From an uncultured Chloroflexia bacterium (GTDB lineage: Bacteria > Chloroflexota > Limnocylindria > Limnocylindrales > CSP1-4): DNA of 64,000 nt. Within the stretch, counting starts at the first letter, position 1; every line of letters begins with the position of its first letter. A model generated the notes under the pieces. The model did not search any database and was not told the origin of the DNA. It saw only the letters and a program-made list of their open reading frames with translations. This document shows positions 30,827 to 42,833 of the stretch, one piece after another. Location: positions 224,001-288,000 of the forward strand of contig CAVQJC010000017.1 of assembly GCA_963712745.1 (NCBI GenBank), given 5' to 3'. A program made the position numbers and the translations under genes.

Positions 30827-31967
30827 ATGACCGACGCATACGGCACGGCGCGCGCGGCCCTCGAGGCGGCCCAGCCCGGCGCTCGTCGAGCTGTCGCACC
30901 GCATCCACGACAACCCCGAGATCGGCTTCGAGGAGTTCCAGGCAGCGGCCTGGCTGGCCGATGCCCTCGAGGCCGCCGGCTTCGAGACGCAGCGGGGCTA
31001 CGGCGAGATGCCGACCGCGGTGGTCGCGTCGGTCGGCTCTGGTCCGCTGCACGTCGCCATCTGCTCCGAGTACGACGCGCTGCCGGGCGTCGGCCATGCC
31101 TGCGGCCACAATGTCATCTGCACGGCCGGGCTCGGCGCTGCGCTGGCCCTGGCGCCGCTTGCCGATGAGCTGGGGCTCAAGGTCACCCTGCTGGGTACGC
31201 CGGCCGAGGAGGGCGGCGGCGGCAAGATCGGCTTCATCGAGGGGGGCTTCTTCGGCGACGTCCACGCCTCGATGATGGTCCATCCCTACCCCGTCGACGT
31301 GGCCGAGCCGAATATCATCGCGGTGCAGCAGCTGGTCATCACCTACACCGGCGTGGAGGCGCATGCCTCTGGCTTCCCCTGGGGCGGCATCAATGCTGCC
31401 GACGCCATGGTCGTGGCCCAGACCGCCATCGGCCTGCTGCGCCAGCAGATGATGCCGAGCGACCGCGTGCACGGCATCGTGACCAGGGGCGGTGAAGCGG
31501 CCAACATCATCCCGCGTGAGACCACGGCCGATTTCATGGTTCGTGCCGGTACCGCCGGACGGCTCGATGAGCTTCTGGTCAAGGTGCGCAACTGCTTCGA
31601 GGCCGGCGCCCTGGCGACCGGCTGCACCCTCGACATCGAGGTCGACACGGCCTACACCGACATGCGGCACGATGCGGAGCTCGCGGCCATCTACCAGAAG
31701 CATGCCGAATCGTTCGGCCGTGTCTTCGTCGAGCCGCCCGCTCCGGTCTCCACGGACATGGGTAACGTCAGCTACGAGGTGCCGTCGATCCATCCCTTCA
31801 TCGGCGTGGAGGCCAACGGCGCAGTGCCCCATCAGGAGGCGTTCGCCGACGCCTGCGCCACGGCCTCGGCCGACCAGGCCATCTTCGATGGCGCCCTGGG
31901 CATGGCCCTGACGGTCATCGACATGGCCACCACCGACGCGGTTCGCAGCCGCCTGCTCTCGAAGTAG
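30827..31967 (+). CDS. M20-family amidohydrolase (AbgB/ACY1L2-like); frameshift near 30880
   Basis: HDNPEIGFEE, EYDALPGVGHACGHN, GTPAEEGGGGK, STDMGNVS, IHP. Confidence 0.92.
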
Positions 31968-31992
31968 GGCGCGCCCGGATCTGGGCCGTCGG

Positions 31993-32934
31993 CTACTCGG
32001 CGCGCAGCACCAGGATGTGCTGGTGGACGATGTTGGGCACGAACGCATGGGGGTAGCCGTACGGCCGTAGCCGTGTTCCCGCCTGGTACCAGATGAGGTC
32101 GCCCTTGGCGGCGAACCCGTGCGGCTCGGCTCGCGCGGCGAGGTCGGAGGCCACGAAGCGGTAGCGCCCCTGCTGATAGGCGTCGCGCACGATCACGACT
32201 GCGTAGCCCCTTGGCCGCAGGACCCGACGCAGCTCGCCGAAGAGCACTCCCATCCGCTCGAGGTACTCCGCGTAGGTCCGGCTGTTGGCCAGGTCGGCCG
32301 GGTCGTCGGTGACCATGGCGTAGTCGGTCCTGCGATTGGCGTACCGCTCGGACAGTGCGCCGCCCGACATGGTGGCCTTGAGCTGCGGGTTGTAGGGCGG
32401 GTCGGTAGCCACGAGGTCGACGCTGGCATCGGCCACGCCCCGGACCAGCTCGAGCGCATCGCCGAGCTCGAGGCGGCAGCCTGACGGGTCAAAGCCCCGG
32501 GGTCCGCCGGGGTCGTTGTCACCGAGGTCGCGCAGCACCGGACCGGACCCGCCGTTCTCGGCCATCGCGGCCTCTACCACCGAGGCGTACACCGCTGCCC
32601 AGCGGGGCTCGATCTCGAACCCGAGCGCGCGGCGCGGGTGCCGGCAGATGGCCGCTCCCAGCAGCGTACCCCCCACGCCGGCGAAGGGATCGAGGACCAG
32701 TTCGCCGCCCTTGGTGAAGAACTCGATCAGCCGCGCCATGAGCCGCGGCGGCTTGTTGGCCCCGTGGGCCTTGCGCGCGGCATGCCCCACCTCGGAGGGG
32801 TAGGCCGTGGTCAGCAGCGACTTGGTGAAATAGAGCCACTCGTCGCCGCTGAGCTCGTTGAGCGTGTTGTTCGGATGCACCACCCGGGTGCTGGGGGAAG
32901 CCTCTGGCACTGGCACGAGCGAAGTATGTGGCAC
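31993..32934 (-). CDS. DNA adenine/N4-cytosine methyltransferase, circularly permuted (TRD - FxGxG - DPPY); start uncertain (32934 or 32910)
   Basis: HGANKPPRL..RLIEFFTK.GE.VLDPFAGVGGT precedes GDA, DLVATDPPY and ELRRVLRPRGY. Confidence 0.85.
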   Translation of the reverse strand: MPHTSLVPVPEASPSTRVVHPNNTLNELSGDEWLYFTKSLLTTAYPSEVGHAARKAHGANKPPRLMARLIEFFTKGGELVLDPFAGVGGTLLGAAICRHPRRALGFEIEPRWAAVYASVVEAAMAENGGSGPVLRDLGDNDPGGPRGFDPSGCRLELGDALELVRGVADASVDLVATDPPYNPQLKATMSGGALSERYANRRTDYAMVTDDPADLANSRTYAEYLERMGVLFGELRRVLRPRGYAVVIVRDAYQQGRYRFVASDLAARAEPHGFAAKGDLIWYQAGTRLRPYGYPHAFVPNIVHQHILVLRAE

Positions 32935-32956
32935 GCGGCGACTATGCTTCTGCTCT

Positions 32957-35900
32957 ATGGCGTTCTTGGGCCGAGAGCGCGAGCTGGCCCAGCTGGCCGA
33001 AGCCGTGCGCCGTGTCGCGGAGGGGCGACTCGGACGTGTGGTCCTTACCGGGCCGGCCGGCATCGGCTGCACGCGCCTACTCGACGAGCTGTCAACTCGC
33101 GTCTCCTCCGTGCCGGGCGTCCTCGCCTGCCGCGGCCGGGCGTACGAGCCGGGTGCGGGCATGCCCTACCAGGCGGTCGGTGATGCGCTGGCCTCGGCGT
33201 TCAGGAAGGTACCTGACGAGCGGGTTCCCGAGATCGTCAGCCGGGTGGGCGCGGACCTTGCGGCTCTCGTACCCGGCCTGGCCGAGCGGCTCGACGACCT
33301 GGCTGTCGATCGCACCCCACCCCAGCTCGAGGCGCCCGAGCTGCTGGGCCGGAGGGTAATCGAATCGATCCTGGGCACGCTGGAGCGCCTGTCCGCCGGC
33401 GGTGTCGTGCTGCTCATGCTCGAGGACGTCCACTTCGCGGACCCCGCGACGCGCAAGCTCATCGAGGCGCTCCAGGACGTGGGCCGCTCGCTGCCGGTGT
33501 GCCTGGTCATCACTTACCAGGCTGAAGAGGTGCACCGCCGACATCCCATGCAGGCGCTGGCCGACCGACTGGCCGAGGACGAGGAGGTCGTGCGGCTCAG
33601 ACTGGGGTCGCTCAGCGCCCCCGAGGTCGAGCGGCTCGTGGTCGATGCGCTTGGAGAGAAGCCTCCACAGAACGCGCTCACGGCTGTCATCGAGGGCGCT
33701 CGCGGGAATCCACTGATCGCCCTCGAACTCGCCCGCAGCGCTCGTTCGCTCGAAGGCGTACGCCTTTCCGACGCGTTCGACCAGCTCTACGGCGCACGCG
33801 TGGAGGCGCTCTCACGGGAGGCTGGACGCGTCGTGCGCGTGCTGGCGGCGGCCCGCTCGCCCTTGCTGCGATCGACGGTGATGTCGATCCGCCCGCAAGA
33901 CGGCCGATTGACGATCCAGGGCCTTGAGGAGGCCATCGCCGGCGGGTTCGTCATCGAGGCCGGCGAGCGTCTCGTCATCTCGCATGAGTTGTGTGCGGAA
34001 GCGGTGGAGGCACTCGAACTGACGCCCGAGCGCCAGGGGATCCACGCGGCCATGGCCGAGAGGCTGGTCGAGGAGCCGGCGCTGGCTGCATGGCATTGGG
34101 CACGGGCGGCTCGACCACAGGAGGCCCAGGCCGCCCATGTCGAGGCCGCCCGCATGGCGTCGCGCCTGGACCCGTCTGACACGGTGTTGCTGCACTACGA
34201 GGCCGCGCTCGAATTGCCCAGCCTTGAGCCGGTCGGGCCTTCGGAGGCCGCCACGCTGCTGGCCGGGGCGGCTCGTGCTTCCGCCGCGGCAGGTGCGTAT
34301 CGAAGCGCTGTGGCCCTGATGCGGCGTGCCATCGACAGCCGGGCCGCCCGTGAAGCTTCGAGGCACCGCGGGGAGCGCGATCCAGCGACGCGCATCGCGC
34401 TGGGCGAGATGTACGAGGACCTGGGGCGCTACCAGTGGAACGCCGGCGACCTCGACGGCGCCATCGCCTCCATCGAGCGCGCGCTCGGGATCATGCCGCA
34501 GGCACCAAGCTGCAGCCGAGCCTGGGTCCTCGCCTCACTGGCGCAGCACCTCATGCTCGATGGCCGCTTCGACCAGAGCCTCAGTGCTGCCGAAGAGGCT
34601 CTGGGGATGGCGGCCGCGGCCGAGACCGGTGGCGAGGACACGCTGCGGGTGCGAGCACATGCGCTCTGCACCAAGGGGGTCGACATCGCCTACCGCGGAG
34701 ATGCCGAGCTTGGATTGGCTCTGCTCGAGGAGGCGGCGACACTGTCGAGGCGCACCGGTCGACTCGATGACCTCATGCGCGTGGCTGCCAACCGCACGTA
34801 TCTCCTGGATCTGGACCTCCGCCGCGAGGACGCCGTGGCCGTGGTCCAGGAGTTCCTGCAGGACGCCGCGGCCGGTGGTCTTGAGGCGACATACGGAGCG
34901 TTCCTGCGTGGCAACGCGGCCGACATCCTCTTCCACCTGGGTCGGTGGCAGGAGGCCGAGCGGCTTTGTCGCAGCGACCTGAAGTGGCAGACGAACTGGC
35001 AAACGAGCGGCCATGACATCACCTGGCTGTCGCTCGCGGTGCTCGGCTTGCTCCTGACCGAATCGCGCGCGGACCAGGAGGCGACGAGCCTCGTCGGCCG
35101 GGCGCTGCTCGAGCTCCACGCCGTCGCGCCCGGCCAGGGCATGAATTTCGTCATGCGCTCGGCGGTCAGCCTCGCGCTCTGGAACGGGCGAGTCGAGGAG
35201 GCTCTCAGTATCGCCGAGCGCGAGTGGCCACGCGCCATCGAGAGCGATGAACTCGGCATCGTCGCCATCGCCGCGTCGACGGCCATGGAGGCGGCCGCGG
35301 CTGCTGCCGAACATGGTCGAGCCGACAGCAACGCGGGACTGATCGCCCGGGCACGTGCACTGACCGAAGGCGTACTGCCCGCGGCCGAGTCGTATGTCGC
35401 CGGCTCCAGCATCGGTCCGGAGTTGGGTGGACGCCGGGAAGCGGAGTTGATGCTACAGACGGCGCGGGCGCATGCCCTGCGCGTTCGCGGCCGCCCCGAT
35501 CCCACCGCCTGGGACATGCTTGCCCAGGCGTGGGAACGCAATACCGTGCCCTATCGGCAGGCCAAGGCGCGCTGGTGGCAGGCACTGGCGATCCTGGGGG
35601 AGGCGCCCGAGGAGGATCGCGAGTCGGCCCGGGTGGAGGCCAGTGCGCCGCTGTCGGAGGCCTACCGCATCGCCCGTGGCCTGCCGGCCCTGCCCCTGCT
35701 TCGGGAGATCGTGGACCTCGCGGCACGAGCTCGAGTCTCGTTGCCCATCGCCAAGGAGGTCGACCGTGACCTCGTTGCTGTCGGCCCTGGCCGGCCGCCG
35801 GACGCCGGTGTCGGCAACCCCGATATCGCTCGTGCCATCGAAGAGCGCGTCATCGCCACGTTGCGCAAGGGCCCGGCCGATACGTACGGGCTCAGCCCCC

Positions 35901-36133
35901 GGGAACGCGACGTGCTCAACATCCTGGCCGAGGGTCGCACCGACCGTGATATCGCCGGTCGCCTCTTCATCAGCGAGCGCACGGTCCATGTCCACGTGCG
36001 CCGCATCCTGGCCAAGCTGGGCGTCTCCAGCCGGACCGAGGCCGCCGGGGTGGCCATCCGCCAGGGCCTGGTGCCGGCCACGTCGACGACGCCGGAACGA
36101 AAGCAGGCCGATGACGTAGCATCCGGCGCATGA
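32957..36133 (+). CDS. LuxR-family large ATP-binding (STAND/AAA16 + TPR + HTH) transcriptional regulator
   Basis: FLGRERELAQL, GPAGIGCT P-loop, LEDVHFAD, GNPL, C-terminal LSPRERDVL..LAEG.T...IA..LFISERTV.VHV..IL.KLG. Confidence 0.92.
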   Translation: MAFLGRERELAQLAEAVRRVAEGRLGRVVLTGPAGIGCTRLLDELSTRVSSVPGVLACRGRAYEPGAGMPYQAVGDALASAFRKVPDERVPEIVSRVGADLAALVPGLAERLDDLAVDRTPPQLEAPELLGRRVIESILGTLERLSAGGVVLLMLEDVHFADPATRKLIEALQDVGRSLPVCLVITYQAEEVHRRHPMQALADRLAEDEEVVRLRLGSLSAPEVERLVVDALGEKPPQNALTAVIEGARGNPLIALELARSARSLEGVRLSDAFDQLYGARVEALSREAGRVVRVLAAARSPLLRSTVMSIRPQDGRLTIQGLEEAIAGGFVIEAGERLVISHELCAEAVEALELTPERQGIHAAMAERLVEEPALAAWHWARAARPQEAQAAHVEAARMASRLDPSDTVLLHYEAALELPSLEPVGPSEAATLLAGAARASAAAGAYRSAVALMRRAIDSRAAREASRHRGERDPATRIALGEMYEDLGRYQWNAGDLDGAIASIERALGIMPQAPSCSRAWVLASLAQHLMLDGRFDQSLSAAEEALGMAAAAETGGEDTLRVRAHALCTKGVDIAYRGDAELGLALLEEAATLSRRTGRLDDLMRVAANRTYLLDLDLRREDAVAVVQEFLQDAAAGGLEATYGAFLRGNAADILFHLGRWQEAERLCRSDLKWQTNWQTSGHDITWLSLAVLGLLLTESRADQEATSLVGRALLELHAVAPGQGMNFVMRSAVSLALWNGRVEEALSIAEREWPRAIESDELGIVAIAASTAMEAAAAAAEHGRADSNAGLIARARALTEGVLPAAESYVAGSSIGPELGGRREAELMLQTARAHALRVRGRPDPTAWDMLAQAWERNTVPYRQAKARWWQALAILGEAPEEDRESARVEASAPLSEAYRIARGLPALPLLREIVDLAARARVSLPIAKEVDRDLVAVGPGRPPDAGVGNPDIARAIEERVIATLRKGPADTYGLSPRERDVLNILAEGRTDRDIAGRLFISERTVHVHVRRILAKLGVSSRTEAAGVAIRQGLVPATSTTPERKQADDVASGA

Positions 36134-37281
36134 AACTCACGTTTGCACGGGTCATCGTGGCCCTCTTCGCGCTCACCCTTGTCGTGGTCGGCTGCGCCAG
36201 CGAAAGCGGCAGCGCCTGGACGTTCGCCCCCTCGACCGCGTCGACTGGCGAGGCTGAAGCCGCTCCGGTGGGATCGGACACACCGTCCGCCGAGCCTGAG
36301 GCCGCGACCGCTGCGCCGGCCGAGTCTGAGGCCGCGACCGCTGCGCCGGCCGAGAGTGCCGTGCCGGCCGAGAGTGCCGTGCCGGCCGAGAGTGCCGCGC
36401 CGGCCGAGAGTGCCGCGCCGGCCGAGAGTGCCGTGCCGGCCGAGAGTGCCGTGCCGGCCGAGGCTCCCTCGTCACCGGCGCCGGCCGAGCCTGCGGAGGC
36501 GCAGGAGCCTGCGACTGCCGAGGCGCGCGTCATCGACCTCCAGGCCGACAGCGCGCTGCGTTTCACCGATGCTGCCGGCCAGCCCGTGCCGGACATCGCG
36601 CTCACGCCCGGTGAGACCGTCGTCTTCCGCATCGACAACACGGCCGGCTTTGCCCACAACTTCTGGATCGGCACGGACGCTGAGCTATCGGTCCCGAACG
36701 GCAGCACGGACGTCGGCCTGCCTGACTGGGCGACCGGCGTGCAGGAGCTCGAGTGGGTCGTGCCCGAGGACCTCACCGGTCTGAAGTTCGCCTGCACCGT
36801 GCCCGGCCATTACTACACCATGCAGGGCACGTTCTCGCCGGCCGATGGTGCATCGGAGCCGGCCGAGCCCGAGCAGACGGCCGAGCCCGAGCAGCACGGC
36901 CGAGCCCGAGCAGACGGCCGCGACTGCGGCACCGGCCGACTCCGCTGCCAGCGGCGAGCCGCGGGTGATCGAGCTCGAGGCCGACGCCGCCATCCGCTTC
37001 CTGCAGGGCGGCGAACAGGTCGTGAACATCGACGTGACCCCCGGCGAGACCGTCCTCTTCCGCATCGACAACACCGCCGGTTTCGCGCACAACTTCTACA
37101 TCGGCCCGGACTCTGAGCTATCGGTCCCGAGCAACAGCACCGAGGTCGGCCTTCCCGACTGGGAGACAGGCGTGCAGGAGCTCGAGTGGGTCGTGCCGGC
37201 TGATCCCACCGGCGTGCGTTTCGCCTGCACCGTCCCCGGCCACTACTACACCATGCAGGGCGACTTCACCGTCAGTCCGTA
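36130..37281 (+). CDS. Lipoprotein with two type-1 copper (cupredoxin, auracyanin/azurin-like) domains; frameshift near 36895
   Basis: Lipobox VVGC; twice FAHNF...FACTVPGHYYTMQG (His/Cys/His/Met); extra C in GAGCAGCACGGC relative to neighbouring repeat GAGCAGACGGC. Confidence 0.85.
36296..36462 (+). repeat. In-frame coding tandem repeats (2 x 30 bp; 6 x 18 bp encoding PAESAV/A) forming a linker
   Basis: CCGGCCGAGAGTGCCG(T/C)G repeated from 36346. Confidence 0.9.
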
Positions 37282-37303
37282 GGCGGCGCGAGGCCAGCCC
37301 ATC

Positions 37304-38020
37304 ATGGAGCACGAGCCTCGACCGACCCGCCGACCCCGACCGAGGGCGCGCTCGATGGGTGACGACGCGCTCGTCGAGGCGCTGGCCGGGACGGGCTGCC
37401 CGATGTGCGCCCACGTGTCACGGGTGGCGCCGCGCTACCTCGATTCGCTCCTCTACCAGCACACCACCGACCGGGCCTACCGTGACCGCTTCCTCGAGGG
37501 TGGCGGGTTCTGCGCGCGTCATGTGCGTGCGGCGCTGGTCGCTGACACGGCCGGCAACGGTGATGGCGTCGGGGGTGGCATCTTCCTGCGTTCCCAGCTG
37601 GGGGCGCGGCGTCGGGCGCTCGAGGATACCGGTGGGTTCCGGGCGGCCCGGCGCGTCCGGGCGGCCACGAGTCCCGCGTGGGATTGCCCCGTCTGCGAGA
37701 ACGAGCGGGCGCTCGCGGCCGCCGTCGCCCAGCGGCTGGTCGACCTCGCCGGCGGTGATGAGACCTGGCGCGAGTCTGTCACCAGCGCGCCGTGGTGCCT
37801 GAGGCACCTCGGCGACCTCCTCTCCATCGCGGCCGTGACCGGGCGCGGGGCGCTCGCCGAGCTGCGCGACCGACAGCTGGCTCAGATGCGCGACATCGAG
37901 GCACGCCTCGACGCACTCGCTCACGACTCCAGCCATGGACGACGTGACCGACTCACCCCGGAGGTGCGCGCTGCGCTGGCCGAGGCCGCGGATGTCCTCG
38001 CCGGAGACGAGGATCGCTGA
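37304..38020 (+). CDS. DUF6062-like protein with two CxxC...CxxH metal-binding modules
   Basis: GCPMC..GGFCARH and CPVC..WCLRH. Confidence 0.7.
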   Translation: MEHEPRPTRRPRPRARSMGDDALVEALAGTGCPMCAHVSRVAPRYLDSLLYQHTTDRAYRDRFLEGGGFCARHVRAALVADTAGNGDGVGGGIFLRSQLGARRRALEDTGGFRAARRVRAATSPAWDCPVCENERALAAAVAQRLVDLAGGDETWRESVTSAPWCLRHLGDLLSIAAVTGRGALAELRDRQLAQMRDIEARLDALAHDSSHGRRDRLTPEVRAALAEAADVLAGDEDR

Positions 38021-38023
38021 AGG

Positions 38024-38692
38024 TCAGTCGGTCGGCAGCTCGGCCATGAACTCGGCCAGGGTGGGGTAGATGACGTCGGCCCCGGCTTCGGTCAGGGAGT
38101 CCTCGGTGGTGGCACCGGTGAGCACCGCGATGGCGCGCATGTCGGCCGCCTTCGAGGCCACCATGTCCCAGCGCGAATCGCCCACGTACCAGGTCTCGGC
38201 CGGCTCGACCTCCAGCAGGTGAGCTGCCTTGAGCAGCAGGTCGGGCGCTGGCTTGGCGTGCTCCACGTCGGCTCCGTCGCAGATGAGCGGCATCGAGCGC
38301 AGGCCCAGCGACAGGACCGACTCGCGTGCGTCGTCCGGCAGGCTGGACGTGGCGACCGCCCAGGGCATGCCCCGCTCGGTCAGCGACTCCAGCAGGTCGT
38401 GCACCGCGGGCAGCGGCCGCGGATCGGCGTTCAGCACACGGAACTCGTTGCCGGCTTGGATGTCGATCTCGGCGTCGTCGCCGGGCTTCAGGCGCACGCC
38501 GTAGTGCTCGGCGACCATGCGCGCAAGGTACTTGCCGTCGGATCCGATGAGCGGAGCCAGGAACTCTGGATCGGGGTCGATGCCGAACTTGGGAAAGACC
38601 GCCATCCAGGAGTCGACGCGGGTGCCGACGGTGTCGACGAGCGTGCCGTCGAGATCGAAGATGATGGCGCGCGGGGCGCGGGCTGCCGTCAT
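38024..38692 (-). CDS. HAD-family phosphatase
   Basis: FDLDGTLVDT, ATSS, KPAPD, YVGDS.WD. Confidence 0.93.
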   Translation of the reverse strand: MTAARAPRAIIFDLDGTLVDTVGTRVDSWMAVFPKFGIDPDPEFLAPLIGSDGKYLARMVAEHYGVRLKPGDDAEIDIQAGNEFRVLNADPRPLPAVHDLLESLTERGMPWAVATSSLPDDARESVLSLGLRSMPLICDGADVEHAKPAPDLLLKAAHLLEVEPAETWYVGDSRWDMVASKAADMRAIAVLTGATTEDSLTEAGADVIYPTLAEFMAELPTD

Positions 38693-38721
38693 GCGGTGAT
38701 GTCGGAGTGCATGGCCTAAGC

Positions 38722-40806
<2,085 letters not shown>

Positions 40807-40970
40807 CAGCCCGAATGGTAGGGGAGGCGAGTGACAACACTGCCGCAGGGCTGCGAGCCATGGCGCTCCGTGGCCCGGTCTGCCGCACTCGAATCGCGCG
40901 CCTGGCCGGGCGGCTCATGGCCTATGGGCGACTCATGGCCGCCGGGCGACCCATGGCCTATGGGCGACTC

Positions 40971-41152
40971 ATGGCCTATGCCGCGTGCGCCTATGGCCGC
41001 CGGGCGACCCATGGCCTATGCCGCGTGCGCCTATGGCCGCCGGGCGACCCATGGCCTATGCCGCGTGCGCCTATGGCCGCCGGGCGACCCATGGCCTATG
41101 CCGCGTGCGCCTATGGCCGCCGGGCGACCCATGGCCTATGCCGCGTGCGCCT
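40971..41152. repeat. 40-bp tandem array (4.5 identical copies), with sub-unit mosaics from about 40905
   Basis: ATGGCCTATGCCGCGTGCGCCTATGGCCGCCGGGCGACCC at 40971, 41011, 41051, 41091, partial at 41131. Confidence 0.95.
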
Positions 41153-41371
41153 GTACGGACCGATCAACGGCGACCGTTGGTGTTCCAAGTCAACTCCGAT
41201 GGCGGGATGCTCCCAGGATTGGGTGGTCAGTCCCGGGAGCACTCGATGCGCCAGGGTAAGCCGTGATCGGCCCTCCCCGCCGTCTTCACTTGGTTGACGT
41301 AGTCGCCTGCGGCATAGCGAGCATGGTGCCACGGCCGGCACGATGGCTGCGGCGACCATCGATGGTGCGGT

Positions 41372-41486
41372 GCGGCTGCCGGGTCCCGTGTGGAGCGGCT
41401 GCCGGGTCCCGTGTGGAGCGGCTACCTGGTCCCGTGTGGTGCGGCTGCCGGGTCCCGTGTGGAGCGGCTGCCGGGTCCCGTGTGGA
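41372..41486. repeat. 23-bp tandem array (5 copies)
   Basis: GCGGCTGCCGGGTCCCGTGTGGA at 41372, 41395, 41418 (variant), 41441, 41464. Confidence 0.95.
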
Positions 41487-41490
41487 GGAG

Positions 41491-42141
41491 TTAGAGGAGG
41501 ATGATGCCGTTCCCCTTCGGGATGTCGCCCTGGCGCAGAGAGTGCAGGATGTCGCGCGTGTCGAGCGGGAATGTGCTCGCTAACGATGCGCGGTACTCGC
41601 GCAGGATGGCCCTGTTGTGCTTGGTCGCCGCCACCACGAGGATCACTCGCGAGACGCCGCTGTCGCGCCACTTGAGCTCTGTCCTGCGCTGCAACGCTTG
41701 GATATCCCTGAGCTTCGTCTCGGCGTCAACACCGATCGACTCGCTACCCTCCAGCAGCACATCCCAAGCGCGGCGGTCGTCGAGCCCTCCGACCGGGACC
41801 TCCGATCTCCACCGCAGGCGCGGGCTAACCCTCGCCCGGAACCTCTGCAGCAGAGCCAGCTGCGCTGCGTCCCGGACCGGCAGTCCATCCGGATAGGCCT
41901 TCAGCGACAGGCGCAGACCGAGGGCCGCGCAATGGCGGGCGAGTTCGTCGAGTCGAGGTGAGACGCGCCTTCCGCGCTCAGTGCGGCTGATTCGAGTTTG
42001 CGTCAGGCCTGCCACGGTCGCAACGTGCTGCTGACTGAGACCGGAACCGTGACGAGCCTCCCGAAGCTCCGTGCCCAGTCTCGCGAGCAGCCGATCCGCC
42101 TGCCGAGTGCCCTTGTCTCGCGCCCGTTCCCTCGAGGTCAT
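41491..42141 (-). CDS. XRE-family HTH fused to a putative PD-(D/E)xK/Vsr-like nuclease-fold domain
   Basis: LREARHGSGLSQQHVA..AGLTQTRISRTERG HTH; WRSEVP..D.RAWD...IGVDAETK..D acidic cluster in the C-domain. Confidence 0.75.
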   Translation of the reverse strand: MTSRERARDKGTRQADRLLARLGTELREARHGSGLSQQHVATVAGLTQTRISRTERGRRVSPRLDELARHCAALGLRLSLKAYPDGLPVRDAAQLALLQRFRARVSPRLRWRSEVPVGGLDDRRAWDVLLEGSESIGVDAETKLRDIQALQRRTELKWRDSGVSRVILVVAATKHNRAILREYRASLASTFPLDTRDILHSLRQGDIPKGNGIILL

Positions 42142-42199
42142 GTCACAAGCCTGACCGCCGCCTCTTCACCGGGGCTTGCCTGGCGTGTACCGTCGGGCT

Positions 42200-42823
42200 G
42201 TGGAAAGGCGACGTCTCGACTTGGCCGGTGTCGTGCTCGCGGCTGGGGCCGGCTCACGGTTCTCGGACACGCCCGGCGCCAAGCTCCTCGCGGAGATCGA
42301 CGGCCAGCCGATGCTGGCCCGGGTGCTGGGCGAGGTGCGCGAGTTCGGGCCAGCCGCCACGATCGTCGTGATCGGCTATGGCGCCGATGCCGTCGAGGAG
42401 GCCACCGACTGGCGTGACGAGATCCGCGTGCGCAACCATGCCCCTGAGCGAGGCCTCGCATCGTCGCTGCAGGTCGGCATCGACGCGCTCCGTGCCCTGC
42501 CCGATGCGTTCGACGGCACGTTCATCGTGCTCGGGGACCAGCCGCTGCTCCGCGCCGACGTGATGCATCGGTTGGCCGCAGCCGCAGCAGCGCAGCGCCC
42601 GGCTGATCGACCGGCGGTGGTGCCCCGCTACGACCAGCCCGGCCCTCGTAACCCCGTGCTCCTGCTGCGACCCGCCTGGTCATGGGTCGACGAGCTCGAT
42701 GGCGACCACGGACTCTCGGAGCTGATCGACCGCAACCCCGACCAGGTCCTGGCCGTGGCCGTGGAAGGCTCGATGCCTGACATCGACTCGCCGGCCGACC
42801 TCGATCGGCTGGCAGAGGTGTAG
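42200..42823 (+). CDS. MocA/PucB-like molybdenum cofactor nucleotidyltransferase
   Basis: VVLAAGAGSRF...KLL, GLASSL, LGDQP, NPVL, GDHG, DIDSPAD. Confidence 0.88.
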   Translation: MERRRLDLAGVVLAAGAGSRFSDTPGAKLLAEIDGQPMLARVLGEVREFGPAATIVVIGYGADAVEEATDWRDEIRVRNHAPERGLASSLQVGIDALRALPDAFDGTFIVLGDQPLLRADVMHRLAAAAAAQRPADRPAVVPRYDQPGPRNPVLLLRPAWSWVDELDGDHGLSELIDRNPDQVLAVAVEGSMPDIDSPADLDRLAEV

Positions 42824-42833
42824 CGGATTTCGT

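Noticed and set aside
23455-37281. Programmed ribosomal frameshifting in the split genes
   Set aside because: No consistent slippery sites, and these families are not known to recode; sequencing indels are the simpler explanation
40971-41486. CRISPR or TIGR-like array
   Set aside because: Units are head-to-tail and near-identical, with no unique spacers; no cas genes in the window
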